Shown: positions 13,743 through 28,069 of the stretch, piece after piece
Position numbering within the stretch: position 1 is the first letter of the stretch
How the letters are laid out: each line of letters starts with the position of its first letter
From: the human T2T-CHM13v2.0 reference genome, Homo sapiens
DNA: 64,000 bases
Reading direction: 5' to 3' (one strand)
Assembly (NCBI RefSeq): GCF_009914755.1
Contig: NC_060930.1
Program-made: the position numbers and the translations under genes
The notes under the pieces: model-generated
The model's input: the letters and a program-made list of their open reading frames with translations, nothing else
Database searches by the model: none
What the model was told of the DNA's origin: nothing

Positions 13743-14769
13743 CTAGAAAAATGAAATGGCATTCAACGTGTTATTAAATGTAAGGAAATTATGTCATTTA
13801 TTAAAGAAGTAGTTAATGAAATTTTTACTAGGTACTTCAAACATAAATGGCAACAAGGCACAGTCTCTAAATTTAGAGTTCGTGTAACAAAAATATTGAA
13901 TCATAGTATAAAGCAATATCATACAAATACCATTACATTGAAAACACAAAGTAAGTCTGTGACATGAGAGAAGAAAAATGATCCTTCTTCATGAAGCAGA
14001 TGATGACATAAGACCTAGCTCTTGATAGATGTCAGGAGTTTGTCAAATCATAAAAGGATAAAAAAAAATTCTGTGTAAGAAATGAATAAACACAAGGCAT
14101 AGATATTTGAAAGATTTTACCATGCCACATTTGGTAAAGTAGCTGGAAAATAAAAACAATTTGGTATGCTCTTTCCACTCCTTGCTGAGTAGTTTAAACT
14201 TTATTCTCCTTCAGCGTTTTGTGTGGGAATAATATGAGCAACTCTTCCTTGATGCTAGGTGACTCTAGCATCAGTATGAGAATTCAGTGAGAGTATAGCA
14301 ATTTTCTACCATTCTAAGCAAGAGAAAGGACTAGGAATAAGGTATATTAAAAAGAATGACAAAAAATAGGGTCTATAAAATGTTTGAGAGAGACATAAAT
14401 AATTCTCTGACAGCCTGGATAAAAGAAAAAAAAATGATAGGTAGAAATAAGGCATGAGTTTGAGGGTTCTATCTTGAGCCTGAGATGATCTTATTAATAG
14501 AGGTAGGCAATACAAAAGTAGAAGTAAATAAGTCAATCAGTTGGGGGCAAAGGAAAAAAAATAAGATTACATTCAGATGCAAACTTCAGGGCCACCTGTT
14601 TTTCCAGACCTTTTCCAAGATCCTAGGTGGTGGTCTTCGTAGAAATGAATTCACAGGATTATGTATTGTTTATATTTCATATATTTTTTAAAATTTGCTT
14701 AAGTATTTTAATTTGAACTCATTATGGTTGCTATCTTTTTTCCACCCAAACTACCCTTCTGTCACACTT

Positions 14770-16088
14770 ATTTTTGTAATTTATTATACTCTAAGTTCTG
14801 GGATACATGTGAAGAATGTTCAGGTTTGTTACATAGGTATACATGTACCATGGTGGTTTGCTGCACCCATCAACCAGTCATGTAGGATTTAAGCCCTGCA
14901 TGCATTAGGTATTTGTCCTAATTCTCTCCCTCCCCTTGTCCCCACAACAGGCCCAAGTCTGTGATGTTCCCCTCCATGTGTCTGTATGTTCTCATTGTTC
15001 TACTCCCACTTATGAATGAGAACATGTGGTGTTTGGTTTTCTGTTCCTGTGTTAGTTTGCTGAGAATGATGGTTTCCAGCTTCATTCATTTCCCTACAAA
15101 GGACATGAACTCATTCTTTTTTATGGCTGCATAGCATTCCATGGTGTATATGTGCCACATTTTCTTTATCCAGTCTGTCATTCATGGGCTTTGGGCTGGT
15201 TCCATGTCTTTGCTATTGTGAATAGTCCTGCAATAAACATACGTGTGCAAGTGTCTTCATAATAGAATGATTTACAATCCTTTGGTTATATACCCAGTAA
15301 TGAGATTGCTGAGTCAAATGGTCTTTCTTGTTCTAGATCCTTGAGGAATTGCCACATTGTCTTTCATAACGGTTGAACTAATTTACACTCCCACAAACAG
15401 TGTAAAAGCATTCCTATTTCTCCACATCCTCTCCAGAAATAACACCACACATCTACAACCATCTGATCTTCGACAAACCTGACAAAAGCATTGGGGAAAG
15501 GATTCCCTATTTAGTAAATGGTGTTGGGAAAACTGGCTAGCCATATGCAGAAAACTGAAACTGCACCGCTTCCTTCCACCTTATACAAAAATTAACTCAA
15601 GATGGATTATAAACTTAAATTTAAAACCTAAAACCATAAAAACCCTGGAAGAAAACCTAGGCAATACCATTCAGGGCATAGGCATGCACAAAGACTTCAT
15701 GACTAAAACACCAAAAGCAATTGCAATAAAAGCCAAAATTGACAAATGGGATCTAATTAAACTAAAGAGCTTCTGTACAGCAAAAGAAACTATCATCAGA
15801 GTGAACAGACAACCTACAGAATGGGAGAAAATGTTCACAATCTATACAGCTAACAAAGGTAATTTCCAGAATCTACAAGGAACTTAAACAAATTTACAAG
15901 AAAAAAACAAACAAACCTATTAAAAAGTGGGCAAAGGATATGAACAGACACTTATGAAAAGAAAACATTTATATGGCCAGCAAACATATGAAAAAAAGCT
16001 CATCATCACTAGTCATTAGAGACATGAAAATCAAAACCACAATGAGATATCATCTCACACCAGTTAGAAAGGTGATCATTAAAAAGTC
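14770..16088 (-). mobile_element. L1PA8-like LINE-1 with 5' inversion (minus part 14770-15436, inverted plus part 15434-16088)
   Basis: The 3'UTR contains taagccctgcatgcattaggtatttg. Orientation switches at ctccag/aaataacacc. TSD tctgtcacactt (14758-14769 / 16087-16098). Confidence 0.93.
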
Positions 16089-16724
16089 TGTCACACTTCT
16101 TATTATGCTGCTGGCATACATTGTATAGGCTAGAGTATTAGTGGGATTTGACTAAGGAGGATTTGAGTTGGAGATACAGTTAATTTTTAGAGAGTGATAT
16201 GGCTACAGACATTTCTATATTCAGATTTTTAAAAAATAGTCAGCTATCCTCTTGTACAAATAACTTTCAGAAATATTTATTTTGTCCAGTGTGTGTCAAC
16301 ATACCTACAATGTGACACAAAATCACGTAGTCTTGTATTAACATAGTTTTTGTTGTTTGGCAACAGCAGTATGTATTTGTGGAAGAGAAATAGGATTTGA
16401 GACATACAGAGTCAGAAGCTAATCTTTGGACTATTCTTCTATTTATCACATAAATAACATTGTCAGTGTGAGGAATTAGTTCTTACTGATGCCTAATGAA
16501 AATTGATCCCTTTTTCTGTCATTCAGTAATGTAGCATAAAAATCATATACATGCTAGATTTCCATATTTTTTCTTTCTTTCTAAATAAATAATTTAGAAG
16601 GACTCCTAAGTTTGTAAAGAACACAACTGTAGTAGCTGTATGATAGAAGGTTTATCTGTAACAGTTCATGTCTGAAAATACTTGATAGAAATTTTCCAAA
16701 ATGTAAGAAAATTTCTAAGAATTA

Positions 16725-16943
16725 TATGCACCCCAATTGCCCGTGAGAGGAGTTTCATTTCCCATAGGAAGGGTTCAGAACTATTTCCTCTGCCAAGCTC
16801 TGTTACTGGTTAGGAGTGGCCTAGGAGAAGTGTGTCCTTGGCATGAATACAGAGGTAAATTAGCAGGATGATAGCTGGAGCTATTAGTCAAGTATGTGCC
16901 CCAAAGCAGTAAATCTGAGTGGTACATTTCTATGGTCACTATA
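16725..16943 (-). mobile_element. LTR16-like 3' LTR of a fossil ERVL provirus
   Basis: Ends aatctgagtggtacatttctatggtcactata, immediately followed by the PPT complement tttcacccctt (16944-16954). Confidence 0.6.
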
Positions 16944-19900
16944 TTTCACCCCTTATGTTTCAAAATCTCCTTTTTCATGTAGGTTTGAAAAATAGCCCCT
17001 CCATTGCTACCATGTGACCCTCTTTCAAGTGTAAACTTAAAAGAGGGAGGTTAGTGTGATGAACTATGGATCCTGATACTATAGTTGGCCTTGGGGTGGC
17101 CTAGGGGTGCCGCTGGTATTCATCTTCTTGGTCTTCCACTATGCATCTGAAATTAAACTCACCCCCATCTATCACCCGGTGATGTGATTCAAACCAACAT
17201 TCCAGAGCAGTCTGAGACAAATCTTACCCTTCTCAGGCTGGTGCTGTGCCCATTCGTTTACAGATATAACAGGACAATTGAGTGCTAGGAGACACAATAA
17301 TTGATCTCCTGTGCTCCACATATATTTTTTTCTCTTTAACTCTTGAGTAAAATCTGCTGGTATTTGGATATGAGGAATCCCTATCTTGTTGGCTGCCATA
17401 GCTTATAGTTTAATGTGGCCTTTGTGTGCCCTGGAGAGAGCCTTTCTCCTTTGGGAGCCTGGGGGATATCTAAACCTAAAGAGCTAGAAGTTGTGGGGAC
17501 TGAAATTTTCCCACAAATTTCCACCATGAGTTATTGGAGGTGATAGAAAAACAGGTTACTTCTATTTTAGCCTTTCATTCCTGGACCAATATATTATTTT
17601 TATTGGGAACATGACATCACTTAAAGATCTCTGATTTAATGAATACTCAGTATATGGAAAGATGACACTTCTTTCTTTCAGAAGATTGCCTCCAAACTAC
17701 GAATTTAGCTATGTCTTGAGCAGATCATTCCAGGCTTCCACGTGGATGGCTGCTTCTGGGTGACACACTGATAGGTCCCATGGTCATGGGCCTCTCTCCT
17801 CTGCTGTAAAGTGAGAGGCCTATTTAGATGCTATGCTTACTCCTGTGGATCTGGCATTCCATAAGTTCCATGCTGGCTAAGGCTGTAAATGCAGGAATAA
17901 ATACCTATACTCAGAGGAGATATTTATTCCTATAAAGACAATTTTTTTCCCTCTAGGATAGAAGGGACTCAATATAAACAACTTACTACAAAGTTACAAG
18001 TCGATCTCTTTCAAGGATAGTTTTGTTTGAAGATTGAATACTGATCTCTGTTGCTAATAATTTGGATATTTATTGGCCATAGTAACTAAGCTGGCATTGG
18101 TAATTTGGAGTCTATGCTCTCAGGCCTATATATGACCTGCCTATGTGGCCACTCTTTTCATGTGTTCATCATGTCATTTCCGTAGTACCTTCTTCTTTGT
18201 GGTAGAGGATGCAGCATGTGTTGATCTGCTTTTTACATTAAGGAAGATATCTTGGCATGCTCCTACATACACGAACCTAAAACTTCACTGAATGCTCCTG
18301 AAACTTTGTAGGTTTAACATGTGTCTTTTGGATATTATGTGTCTTACCAAGGTCTCCAGGCGTCATCTGTTGGATCAACATGATGTTGCTAAGGTAATGG
18401 CTGTAATATAAAGCATAATGTTACATGAGATATCCAGGTGGTAAAAATCTCTTCAGACTCTATTGTGTTGTAAGATAAAATGGTTCATATTCCTCAGGTA
18501 AAATGGCAAATAGCTATTATTTTCTACTCTATATGAATTAAAACTATTTCTGATTCTCTTTTGTAAGTGAAATAGGAAATAATGTGTTCACCAATCCCAT
18601 GGCTCTATGGCATGTACCTATGTTTGCAGTACAGCCTAGTAATCTTCTCTAGCAATAAGACCTCATTACAGTGATTCTCCAGGATCCATTCTGTTTCTGC
18701 AGGGATTTTATTGTAAGTCAAACCATGACATGACAGGGACCACTGCTCCTGCATAGTCTTTAATGTTGGCACTAATTTTTGCCAACCATCCCTCTAGAAG
18801 GCAATATTGATTATAATTTAGTCTCAGAGGTTTCCACTTGGGTTTCCCCACTGTAATAGCTTATTCTCAAAGGGCAAAAAAAATGTGGTAGTTACTTAAC
18901 TTCCAGATATGTCAACTCTAATTATATATCCAGGAGTGGGAAAATGATCATGGACTCAGTCCATAGAACAAGTGAGTTAGACTTCAGCCAGAATTCATTT
19001 ATTATTTGGTCCCTGAAAATCTTGACTCTGACAAGTGGGACATGATGGTAGATTGGATTTCTCGATATCAGTTGTTTCAAACAGGCCTTAAAATGTCTTG
19101 ATATTCATCTTTCTTTAGTTCATAGGGTCATTCAATAGTCATAGGTCCCCTTGGAAAAGAAATGGCATCAGTACTTTATATAGTTATTCTGGTGTTGCAG
19201 TGATTTTTTTTTCTGGGATCCTAGCCACCTCTTTAGTCAATGGATTTTGAATCTGAAAATTGGTTCAAATCTGAGAACTGAGCAAGTGATTCATAACATT
19301 TTGTTGGAATGATTGCCCTTAGCCTCCTGCACCTTTATTCTTGTCTTCTGGTTATGAATGTCAAGAAGTTCCCTTGTTCTCTGCGCATTCATTTCTCTCT
19401 CAGGGTTACCAAACTGTTGTAATCATAAGATTTAGCTTCTTTGTTTGTCCCTCTGAACTGCCATTATTTATCATGGCAACTATGGCCTCCCGGCTTCTGG
19501 TGATTAAGTGCTGCCATAGGGCCTCTATTACTTCAGGACCTCATCATCCCTCTATATTAAGGAGTCCAAATCTGTTAATACCTCTCCTAATTCATCACTG
19601 TCCTGCTGAGAGGAGACATTATTGAATGCTTAGTGGTTTTGTTTGTACTCTTACCAGCAGATTTCTAATGGCTTTGTGAGTGGCATGTCCTCTTGGTCAT
19701 CTCATGGAACATAATCCCTGGCGTGTCTTCTGGCACCACACAAAATGTCTATTACAGTGTATTTACTTTCCCTTATTCTCCTGTACCATCTTCCAGAGAA
19801 ATTTAGGCATTTTTGTTTTGCTCAGTATTCATCATCATTTTTTATTTTTTTTTTGGTTTCTAATATAGAGCCACTGCTCCTGGAGTTATTTCTAGAATGT

Positions 19901-20150
19901 GTAATCCCATGTCATGAGAAAGCATCCCTAAATGGATGTCTGGTCTATCTACTCTTAAGTTCTAACTTCATTTCCTACCAATATAACACCCTAAAAATCC
20001 AATCCCAGGATACTCTCCTGGCTTCTGTTACTAAATGTTGCCAATTCTTGCAGCTCCTCTAGTGCACAATCTTTTTCCTCCCCTATCAGGTCACCTGTAT
20101 TTCCTGCAGCAGGATGTCTGAGAAGTGCATTTTCATGGTCACCAAAACAT
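16944..20150 (-). mobile_element. Fossil ERVL internal region (ERV3-16A3-like), decayed gag/pro/pol
   Basis: Minus-strand remnants: AITVGKPKWKPL (about 18826-18861), LQKQNGSWRITV (about 18668-18703), HYLSNIMLI as decayed YIDD (about 18373-18399), and a decayed integrase WWQVDYIGP motif (about 17962-17994). Confidence 0.8.
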
Positions 20151-20792
20151 CATTTCACATTTAATATTGTGTATTCTTTATCCTAACAAGTACCTCTCAA
20201 ATCATATATGATTTACTCGTAACATTTGGTTAACTACTAGGCGGAAAAATAAATTTGCATTCAGGTAATTTCGTGATATTCTCTTATTTTTTTCTGCCAG
20301 TGAAACAAAAACTAGTTTGACTGTTGATAAATGGGTAGGAGTCAAATATTTCAGAAAACATAAAGAGATTTCTAAGTAAGGAAAAGGGTAATGTTATAGA
20401 AAAAACAAAAACAAAAAACAAACAAACAAACAAAAAACAATGGCATTAGCAAACTGAACGAGTTGGCTGGAGCAAAGAATACTATGCAAAGAAACAGAAA
20501 ATTGAAGAGAGAATTTTAGCACCAGAGCTCAACTGAACAAAAGCATCAGGTAAAGGAGCAGAGAAATTATGCTGAAAGGGTCATTCTAGGGAGATGTGTC
20601 TGATGGCTTTGTAAAAAATAATATTTGGAATGTGGAAGCTGGCCTTACACAAAGTGAAGAAAGTAAAGAAGAAGGGGTAGAATTTTATGAGCAAAAAATG
20701 ATTAATTCACAAAGAAATTCACTAATCACCCCGTTTATAATCACAGCCAGCAGAAAAATTTCTCACACATTTGAGTATTGGGAACAACACAC

Positions 20793-21163
20793 TAGTTCTG
20801 TGCTGGTGAAAAATTAATAACTGTTTCTTCAGAAAAGAAAAAGGAAAACAAGGAAGCAAACAAAAAAAATCAATTTATTATACTTGCCAATATACATGGT
20901 ACAAATATACTATTTCCAATTTCCAACTACCAGTGTGCTCACAAGATTCCTGAACATTAACCGCTGGCTCTCAAGGCCTGATAGGAGCCTGCTTGTTCAC
21001 TTCACTGCTGAAGCTAAAGAATGACTTCCATTAATAAGGCTACCAAGATACATAGTACAAATATCCTATTTCCAATTTCAAACTACCAGTGTGCTCACAA
21101 AATTCCTGAACATTAACCACTGGCTTTCAAGGCCTGATAGGAGCCTGCTTGCTCACTTCACTG
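20793..21163 (-). mobile_element. MER63-like hAT-Blackjack non-autonomous DNA transposon (20793-21007) plus duplicated end (to 21163)
   Basis: TIR-like ends tagttctgtgctggtgaa and cacttcactg. Internal reverse complement gagagccagcggttaatgttcaggaatcttgtgagc matches the remembered MER63 consensus. Confidence 0.65.
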
Positions 21164-21210
21164 CTGAAGCTAAAGAATGACTTCCATTAATAAGGCTACC
21201 AAGATACATA
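20887..21210. repeat. 156-bp tandem duplication (2 copies plus 12-bp terminal microhomology)
   Basis: ccaa(t/g)atacat recurs at 20887, 21043 and 21199. The copies differ at 8 positions by manual alignment. Confidence 0.95.
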
Positions 21211-21805
21211 CAGAAAAACTAAATTCCCTCAAATGCCCCTTATTTAAAGTGAGCATAGAAGAAAAAAGTGAACCTAGAATATAAAGTGTAATTAAGGATA
21301 ATTTCAGATATTGATTAAACCCAGGAGTGTTCTTTATTGACCATCTAATGTATGTTTTATGGGGTTTCTGTAAATTTGAAAAACAACTGTTGTGGCCTTA
21401 TAAAAGCTATGCTTTTGGGAATATTATTTCTGGAATAAAGTAATTATCCTTACAAAGTAAGTACTTCCATTTTCATTTTTCAAAAATGTTTTTCCTCCGT
21501 TTGAATGAACTTAACAAAGTAAAATGCTTGTCTTGTGGCCTCTGGCAGACTAATTACCCAGAAAATGAAAATTCTATTATATATCCTTATAATTCTTGTT
21601 TGGTACAGGCACAAGAGCATATAGCTCAATACAGCATCTGTTCTTAAATATATGGCTTTAAACATTTGAAGTAATTACAGGAAGGTAGGAAAATTAAATT
21701 CTGTGGAGCTAACAATCTAATTTTGAAAATTCTATTTTGAAATATTTGCTGAATAAGTATTTTGAATTTTATCTTTTAAAAACTTGGACTTCAACTACAT
21801 GTTCT

Positions 21806-21827
21806 TGTGTGTGTGTGTGTGTGTGTG
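21806..21827. repeat. (TG)11 microsatellite
   Basis: Directly visible. Confidence 0.95.
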
Positions 21828-24810
21828 TTTAATTAAGTCTCTTTACCAAATGTATTGATCTAAAAATCCCTTTAGCTAAATTTCTTATATTTATGCTACA
21901 TGAACTTAGCAGTAAATTTGTTCTACTTTTAAATGTCTCTTCAATGCAAAGTAAGTCATATAAATATTAAATATATTATAAATATTAAATATATAGTTGA
22001 ATCTCTTGTAATTATGTAGGTTTTCATAAAGATTATTTGATTGATATATAGATCAGTGATTAAGAATTTAAAAAGCATATAATTCATCAAAATATGTAGA
22101 TTAAAACAAAAGATAGGCATTTAAAATATGAAATTTCATTAAGGCATATGAGCCATATGTTTAACAGTTCTGCTAATTATATCTGATGACTTTTTCACTT
22201 CATAAATTCTCACATTTTTGGTGCCATAAGAGCTAGCCTAGTGAACATAGGAACTTTGATTACTTTGCAAAGGCATAGAAGGATGTGCAGTCTGCAAATT
22301 AACATTACATAAAATAATCTTTGACCAAAGTTTTCCAAGAATGCTAACTTTAATAAGCAAAACTCTTTACATATTTTAGATCTCTTAAAATGGACTTGAG
22401 TCTTACCTAAATGTAGATTTAACTTAAATTTTTCCCAGTTTAAAAAAATATTTATTGGAGTCTAGCAATTAAATGCCTACAAGTAACATAAAAAAACAAT
22501 TTGATACTTTAATATAATTTTTAAAATGTGTGATGTGCTTTATTTTGTTCTGTTTTGTTTGGCTTAGTTTGGCCCAAATGCATGTTGTGTTATTCTAGGT
22601 TTAGAGCAAACAAACTATGAAGGAAAACTTTGCTTGGTAAAATTTCCCCTCTACCTGACCAACAGTAGTTCTTGAGTTTAGGTTAAAAATTAAAAGTGTG
22701 AAACACAATAGCCTTCAATGAGCACCACATATACATAGACTTCAGCCACAGTAGAGCAGAGGTCTTGTGGTTCCCAGGCATAGATGCTGATGTACCCAGG
22801 TCACTGTGACTTTGGACATACTGAGCTTATGCAGACTATGCCAAATGAGAGAAGCCATCAGCTCCTTAACTTTTATTTCCTCATGATAAATATGTAACTT
22901 CTTCAGGGGGACAAGTCCAGCTTCCATTATCTGGCACAATTATAGTTCACCAACACTTTTTTCCCTCTGTGCTTGATAAATAATCTTGATAATAAGAAAT
23001 ATTTACTTGTTCCTATATATTATAACCCCTGAAATACTTTCATTTATGTGGTCCTGGAATATGAATGCTCATAAAATTATTGAGTAATTTTTTCAGCGAA
23101 GATTTAATGGAGGTTAAAATCTTCAGACATCCCTGGGGCTAGGCGAAAGCCCAGAAGGTACCTGTTAACTCTTTTCTTCCTTTTGGCTTCTAGAACAGAC
23201 CAGTACAAGCACAATCCATGCAACCTGGCAGCATGAGTATTTTCTTTTTTCAAAATGAAATACTGAGGTTTCCAAAAGAAAACAACAACAACAACAAACA
23301 AAAACAAATGGTGAACTTTAGTCTGTAAAATAAATGAAAAAACATAAAAATTATTAGTAATAAATAAATAGTTTTAAGAAATACAGCATCACCACAGTTT
23401 TCAATCCTCAGAAAATGGGAAGTCAAAGCATTCTTAAAATTATGTTAGATGTCAATATTAAATTTGATTGACTTAGACTTTGTTTTTACTTGGATAACAT
23501 TGTTCTTACTTTAAAACAATTTTTAAATTATATTGTCATTTTTATGCCTTAAGACCCATATTTGATCTGGAATAGAAGGATTATAAAATAACCAGGATTT
23601 GCTAAACATTTTTAGCAAACCAAAATACATCTATGCTGATATAGATAAAAACACTACTTCACTACTCAATTACCTGTATATTTTGAAAGTATATTTTGAA
23701 ATATTTATCATGAAAGTAAGCTAATTATATTAGCCTAATATGTTTTATACTAAAATATCATATCATAGTACATTTTTGTACTAAAATAAAAAAATTAAAA
23801 AAAAATTGTAATCTCTAGTTCCAGCAGTGTCATTGGTAAAATGTTCCTCATTAAGATTATAAAGTTTCTTTTTATAACTTTTTATAAGAGCAGTTATTTG
23901 GAAATTAATCTAAAATATGAACCAAAGGTTATAAGGTGTACAGTGAGAATTTTTAATATTTTTATGAGATTCTATATTATAAAATAAAGTAAGTTTATGA
24001 GAGATGATATAACACAGTTTGTAATATGGCATTAAACTGACACATGAACACATAATCAAACAAAATTAGTTTGTCTTAATTTTAAGAGAAATACAGTCTA
24101 CACTGGAATGATAATATTTGAATCTGAAAACTAATAATGAGATGATAAGTGCTAATTAGGTTCTATTTTCTATCCATATATTTTAAGTCTCATTGTATGT
24201 TTCTTAGATGGTAAAGAAGGACAAAAATATCAGTATTTTTACTGATACATTAGATACTTTTATTCATTTGTCAATTTATTTTTACCAAATTTTCGATTCT
24301 TAAAACCAACATGTTGATCACATTTCTTTCCATGGGCAAGCAGATCCACTTTGTACATAGTAAATATAATAAGTCAGAAGATTTCTTACTATGTTTGGAG
24401 TCAGAACAGAAAAAGTTAAATATATAAAGTGTTTGATATTACTAAGATATGACAAATGATTAATATATTTAAAATAAAAATTACATTTGCAGCTGAGATT
24501 GAAAAACTTAAATACATCAGCCACAACCAACTATATCTATCACCTCTTTAGGAAAGGCATTATAATGAGATGAAATGCTAAATATCTGATAGCTGAGGTT
24601 CCTTATGCCCCAGATAGTGCTAGGTAGGCACTGTCTTATTTTATCTTATTCAATTATAAATGCAAACATACATACTTGAAGAATATAGCAAAGACACTTT
24701 AAATGTAAAAAATAAATTTTAAAATAATTTAAAATGTAATAAAACTCTCCAGATCTCTCCATCTTCCCTCTGTCCTCAGCCTGAAACCACTCTCAATTGA
24801 TAGTTGTTTT

Positions 24811-27800
24811 GAGCAGAACTAAATGAGATAAAGACACGAAAAAACACTCAAAAAAATCAGTGGATCCAGGAACTGGTTTTTTGAAAAGATTAACAAATAG
24901 CTAGCTAGACTAATAAGGAAGAAAAGAGAAAAGAATCAAATAGACACAATAAAAAATGATAAAGGTGATATCACCACTGATCCCACAGAAATACAAACTA
25001 CCATCAGAGAATACTATAAATACCTCTACTCAAGTAAACGAGAAAATCTAGAAGAAATGGATAAATTACTGGACTCATACACCCTCCCAAGACTAAACCA
25101 GGAAGAGGTCGAATCCCTGAATAGACCAATAACAAGTTCTGAAATTGAGGCAGTAATTAATACCCAACCAACCAAAAAAAAAGCCCAGGGCCAGAAAAAT
25201 TCACAGCCGATGCTACCAGAGGTACAAAGAGGAGCTGGTACCATTCCTTCTGAAACTATTCTAAACAATAGAAAAAGAGAGAATCCTCCCTAATTCATTT
25301 TATGAGGCCAGCATCATCCTGATACCAAAGTCTGGCAGGGACAAAACAAAAAAAGAGAATTTTAGACCTGATGAACATCGATGCAAAAGTCCTCAATAAA
25401 ACACTGGCAAACCGAACCCAGCAGCACATCAAAAAGCTTATCCACCACGGTAAAGTTGGCTTCATCCCTGGGATGCAAGGCTGGTTCAACATATGCAAAT
25501 CAATAAGTGTAATCCATCACATAAACAGAACCAATGACAAAAACCACGTGATTATCTCAATAGATGCAGAAAAGGCCTTCGATAAAATTCAACATCCCTT
25601 CATGCTAAAAACTCTCAATAAACTAGGTATTGATGGAAAATATCTCAAAATAATAAGAGCTGTTTATGACAAACCCGGAGCCAATATTATACTGAATGGG
25701 CAAAAGCTGAAAGCATTCCCATTGAAAACCTGCACAAGACAAGGATGCCCTTTCTCACCACTCCTATTCAACACAGTATTGGAAGTTTCGGCCAGGGCAA
25801 TCGGGCAAGCGAAAGAAATAAAGATATTCAAATAGGAAGAGAGGAAGTCAAATTATCTCTGTTTGCAGATGATATGATTTTATATTTAGAAAACCCCATC
25901 GTCTCAGTCCAAACTCTCCTTAAGCTGGTAAGCAAATTCAGCAAAGTCTCATGATACAAAATCAAGGTGAAAAATCACAAGCATTCCTATACACCAATAA
26001 TAGAGAAACAGAGAGCCAAATCATCAGTGAACTCCCATACACAGTTGCTACAAAGAGAATAAAATACCTAGGAATATAACTTAGAAGGGATGTGAGGAAC
26101 CCCTTCAAGGAGAACTACAAACCACTGCTCAAGGAAATAAGAAAGGACACAAACACATGAAAAAATGTTCCATGTTCATGGATAGAAAGAATCAAAGTCA
26201 TGAAAATGGCCATACTGCCCAAGGTAACTTACAGATTCAATGCTATTCCCATCAAACTACCAAAGACTGTCTTCACAGAATTAGAAAAATCTACTTTTAA
26301 ATTAATGTGGAACCAAAAAAAGGCCCATATAGACAAAACAATTCTAAGCAAAACAAAAACAAAAACAAAAACAAAGCATTGGAGGCATCACACTACCTAA
26401 CCTCAAACCGTACTACAAGGCAACAGTAACCAAAACAGCATGGTACTGGTACCAAAACAGATATATAGACCAATGGAACAGAACAGAGGCCTCAGAAATA
26501 ATAACACACATCTACAACCATCTGATCTTTGACAAACCTGACAAAAACAAGAAATGGGAAAGGATTCCCTATTTAATAAATGGTGCTGGGAAAACTGGCT
26601 AGCCATACGCAGAAAACTGAAACTGGACCCCTTCCTTACACCTTATACAAAAATTAACTCAAGATGGATTAAAGACTTAAATGTAAGACCGAAATCCATA
26701 AAAACTCTAGAAGAAAACCTAGGCAATACCATTCAGGACATAGGCATGGGCAAATACTTTATTACTAAAACACCAAAAGCAAATGCAACAAAAGCCAAAA
26801 TTGACAAATGGGATCTAATTAAACCAAAGAGCTTCTACAAAGCAAAACAAACTATTATCAGAATGAACAGGCAGCCTACAGAATGGAGAAAATTTTTGCA
26901 ATCTACTCATCTGACAAAGGGCTAATATCCAGAATCTACAAGGACCTTAAACAAATTTACAAGAACAAAACAACCCTATTAAAAATGGGCAAAGGATATG
27001 AACAGACACTTCTCAAAAGAAGACATTTATGCAGCCAATAGACACATGAAAAAATGCTCATCATCACCGGCCATCAGAGAAATGCAAATCAAAACCACAA
27101 TGAGATACCATCTCAGGCCAGTCAGAATGGTGATCATTAAAAAGTCAGGAAACAACAGATGCTGGAGAGGATGTGGAGAAATAGGAACGCTTTTGCACTG
27201 TTGGTGGGAGTGTAAATTAGTTCAACCATTGTGGAAGACAGTGTGGTGATTCCTCAAGGATCTAGAACTAGAAATACCATTTGACCCAGCAATCCCATTA
27301 CTGGGTATATACCCAAAGGTTTATAAATCATTCTACTCTGAAGACACATGCACACATATGTTTATTGAAAGAGTGTTCACAATATCAAAGACTTGGAACC
27401 AACCCAAATGCCCATCAATGATAGACTGGATAAAGAAAATGTGGCACATATACACCATGGAACAGTATGCAGTCCTAAAAAATAATGAGATTATGTCCTT
27501 TCCAGGGGCATGGATGAAACTGGAAGCCATCATCCTCAGCATACCAACACAGGAACAGAAACCCAAACACTGCATGTTCTCACACATAAGTGGGAGTTGA
27601 ACAATGAGAACACATGGACACAGGGAGGTAAAAATCACACATTGAGGCCTGTTGGGGACGGGAGGATAGGGGAGGGATAGCATAAGGAGAAATACCTAAT
27701 GTAGATGACAGGTTAACGGGTGCAGCAAACCACCATGGCACATGTATACCTATGTAACAAATGTGCACATTCTGCACATGTATTCCAGAACTTAAAGTAT

Positions 27801-27818
27801 AATAATAATAAAAAAAGA
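24811..27818 (+). mobile_element. L1PA7-like LINE-1, 5'-truncated, about 3.0 kb (frameshifted ORF2, 3'UTR)
   Basis: ORF2 fragments ([27 protein letters not shown]). TSD gatagttgttt (24799-24809 / 27819-27829). Confidence 0.96.
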
Positions 27819-28026
27819 GATAGTTGTTTCGCTTCTAATTTTTTTGTAATTATTTTTATCTCTAAAGCTTTTACCTCTATTTTTTTATTTATTCATTTGG
27901 TATTATTTTTTTCTCTCATAAATAAAACTATGAGGAATTTAGTACATTTCTACAGACACCCAACTCTTTTCCTTCTTTTTCAATTCTTTGAGTTTATATG
28001 TATATGCACACCCATCCCCCACCCTC

Positions 28027-28027
<1 letters not shown>

Positions 28028-28067
<40 letters not shown>
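28028..28067. repeat. (AC)20 microsatellite
   Basis: Directly visible perfect repeat. Confidence 0.97.
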
Positions 28068-28069
<2 letters not shown>

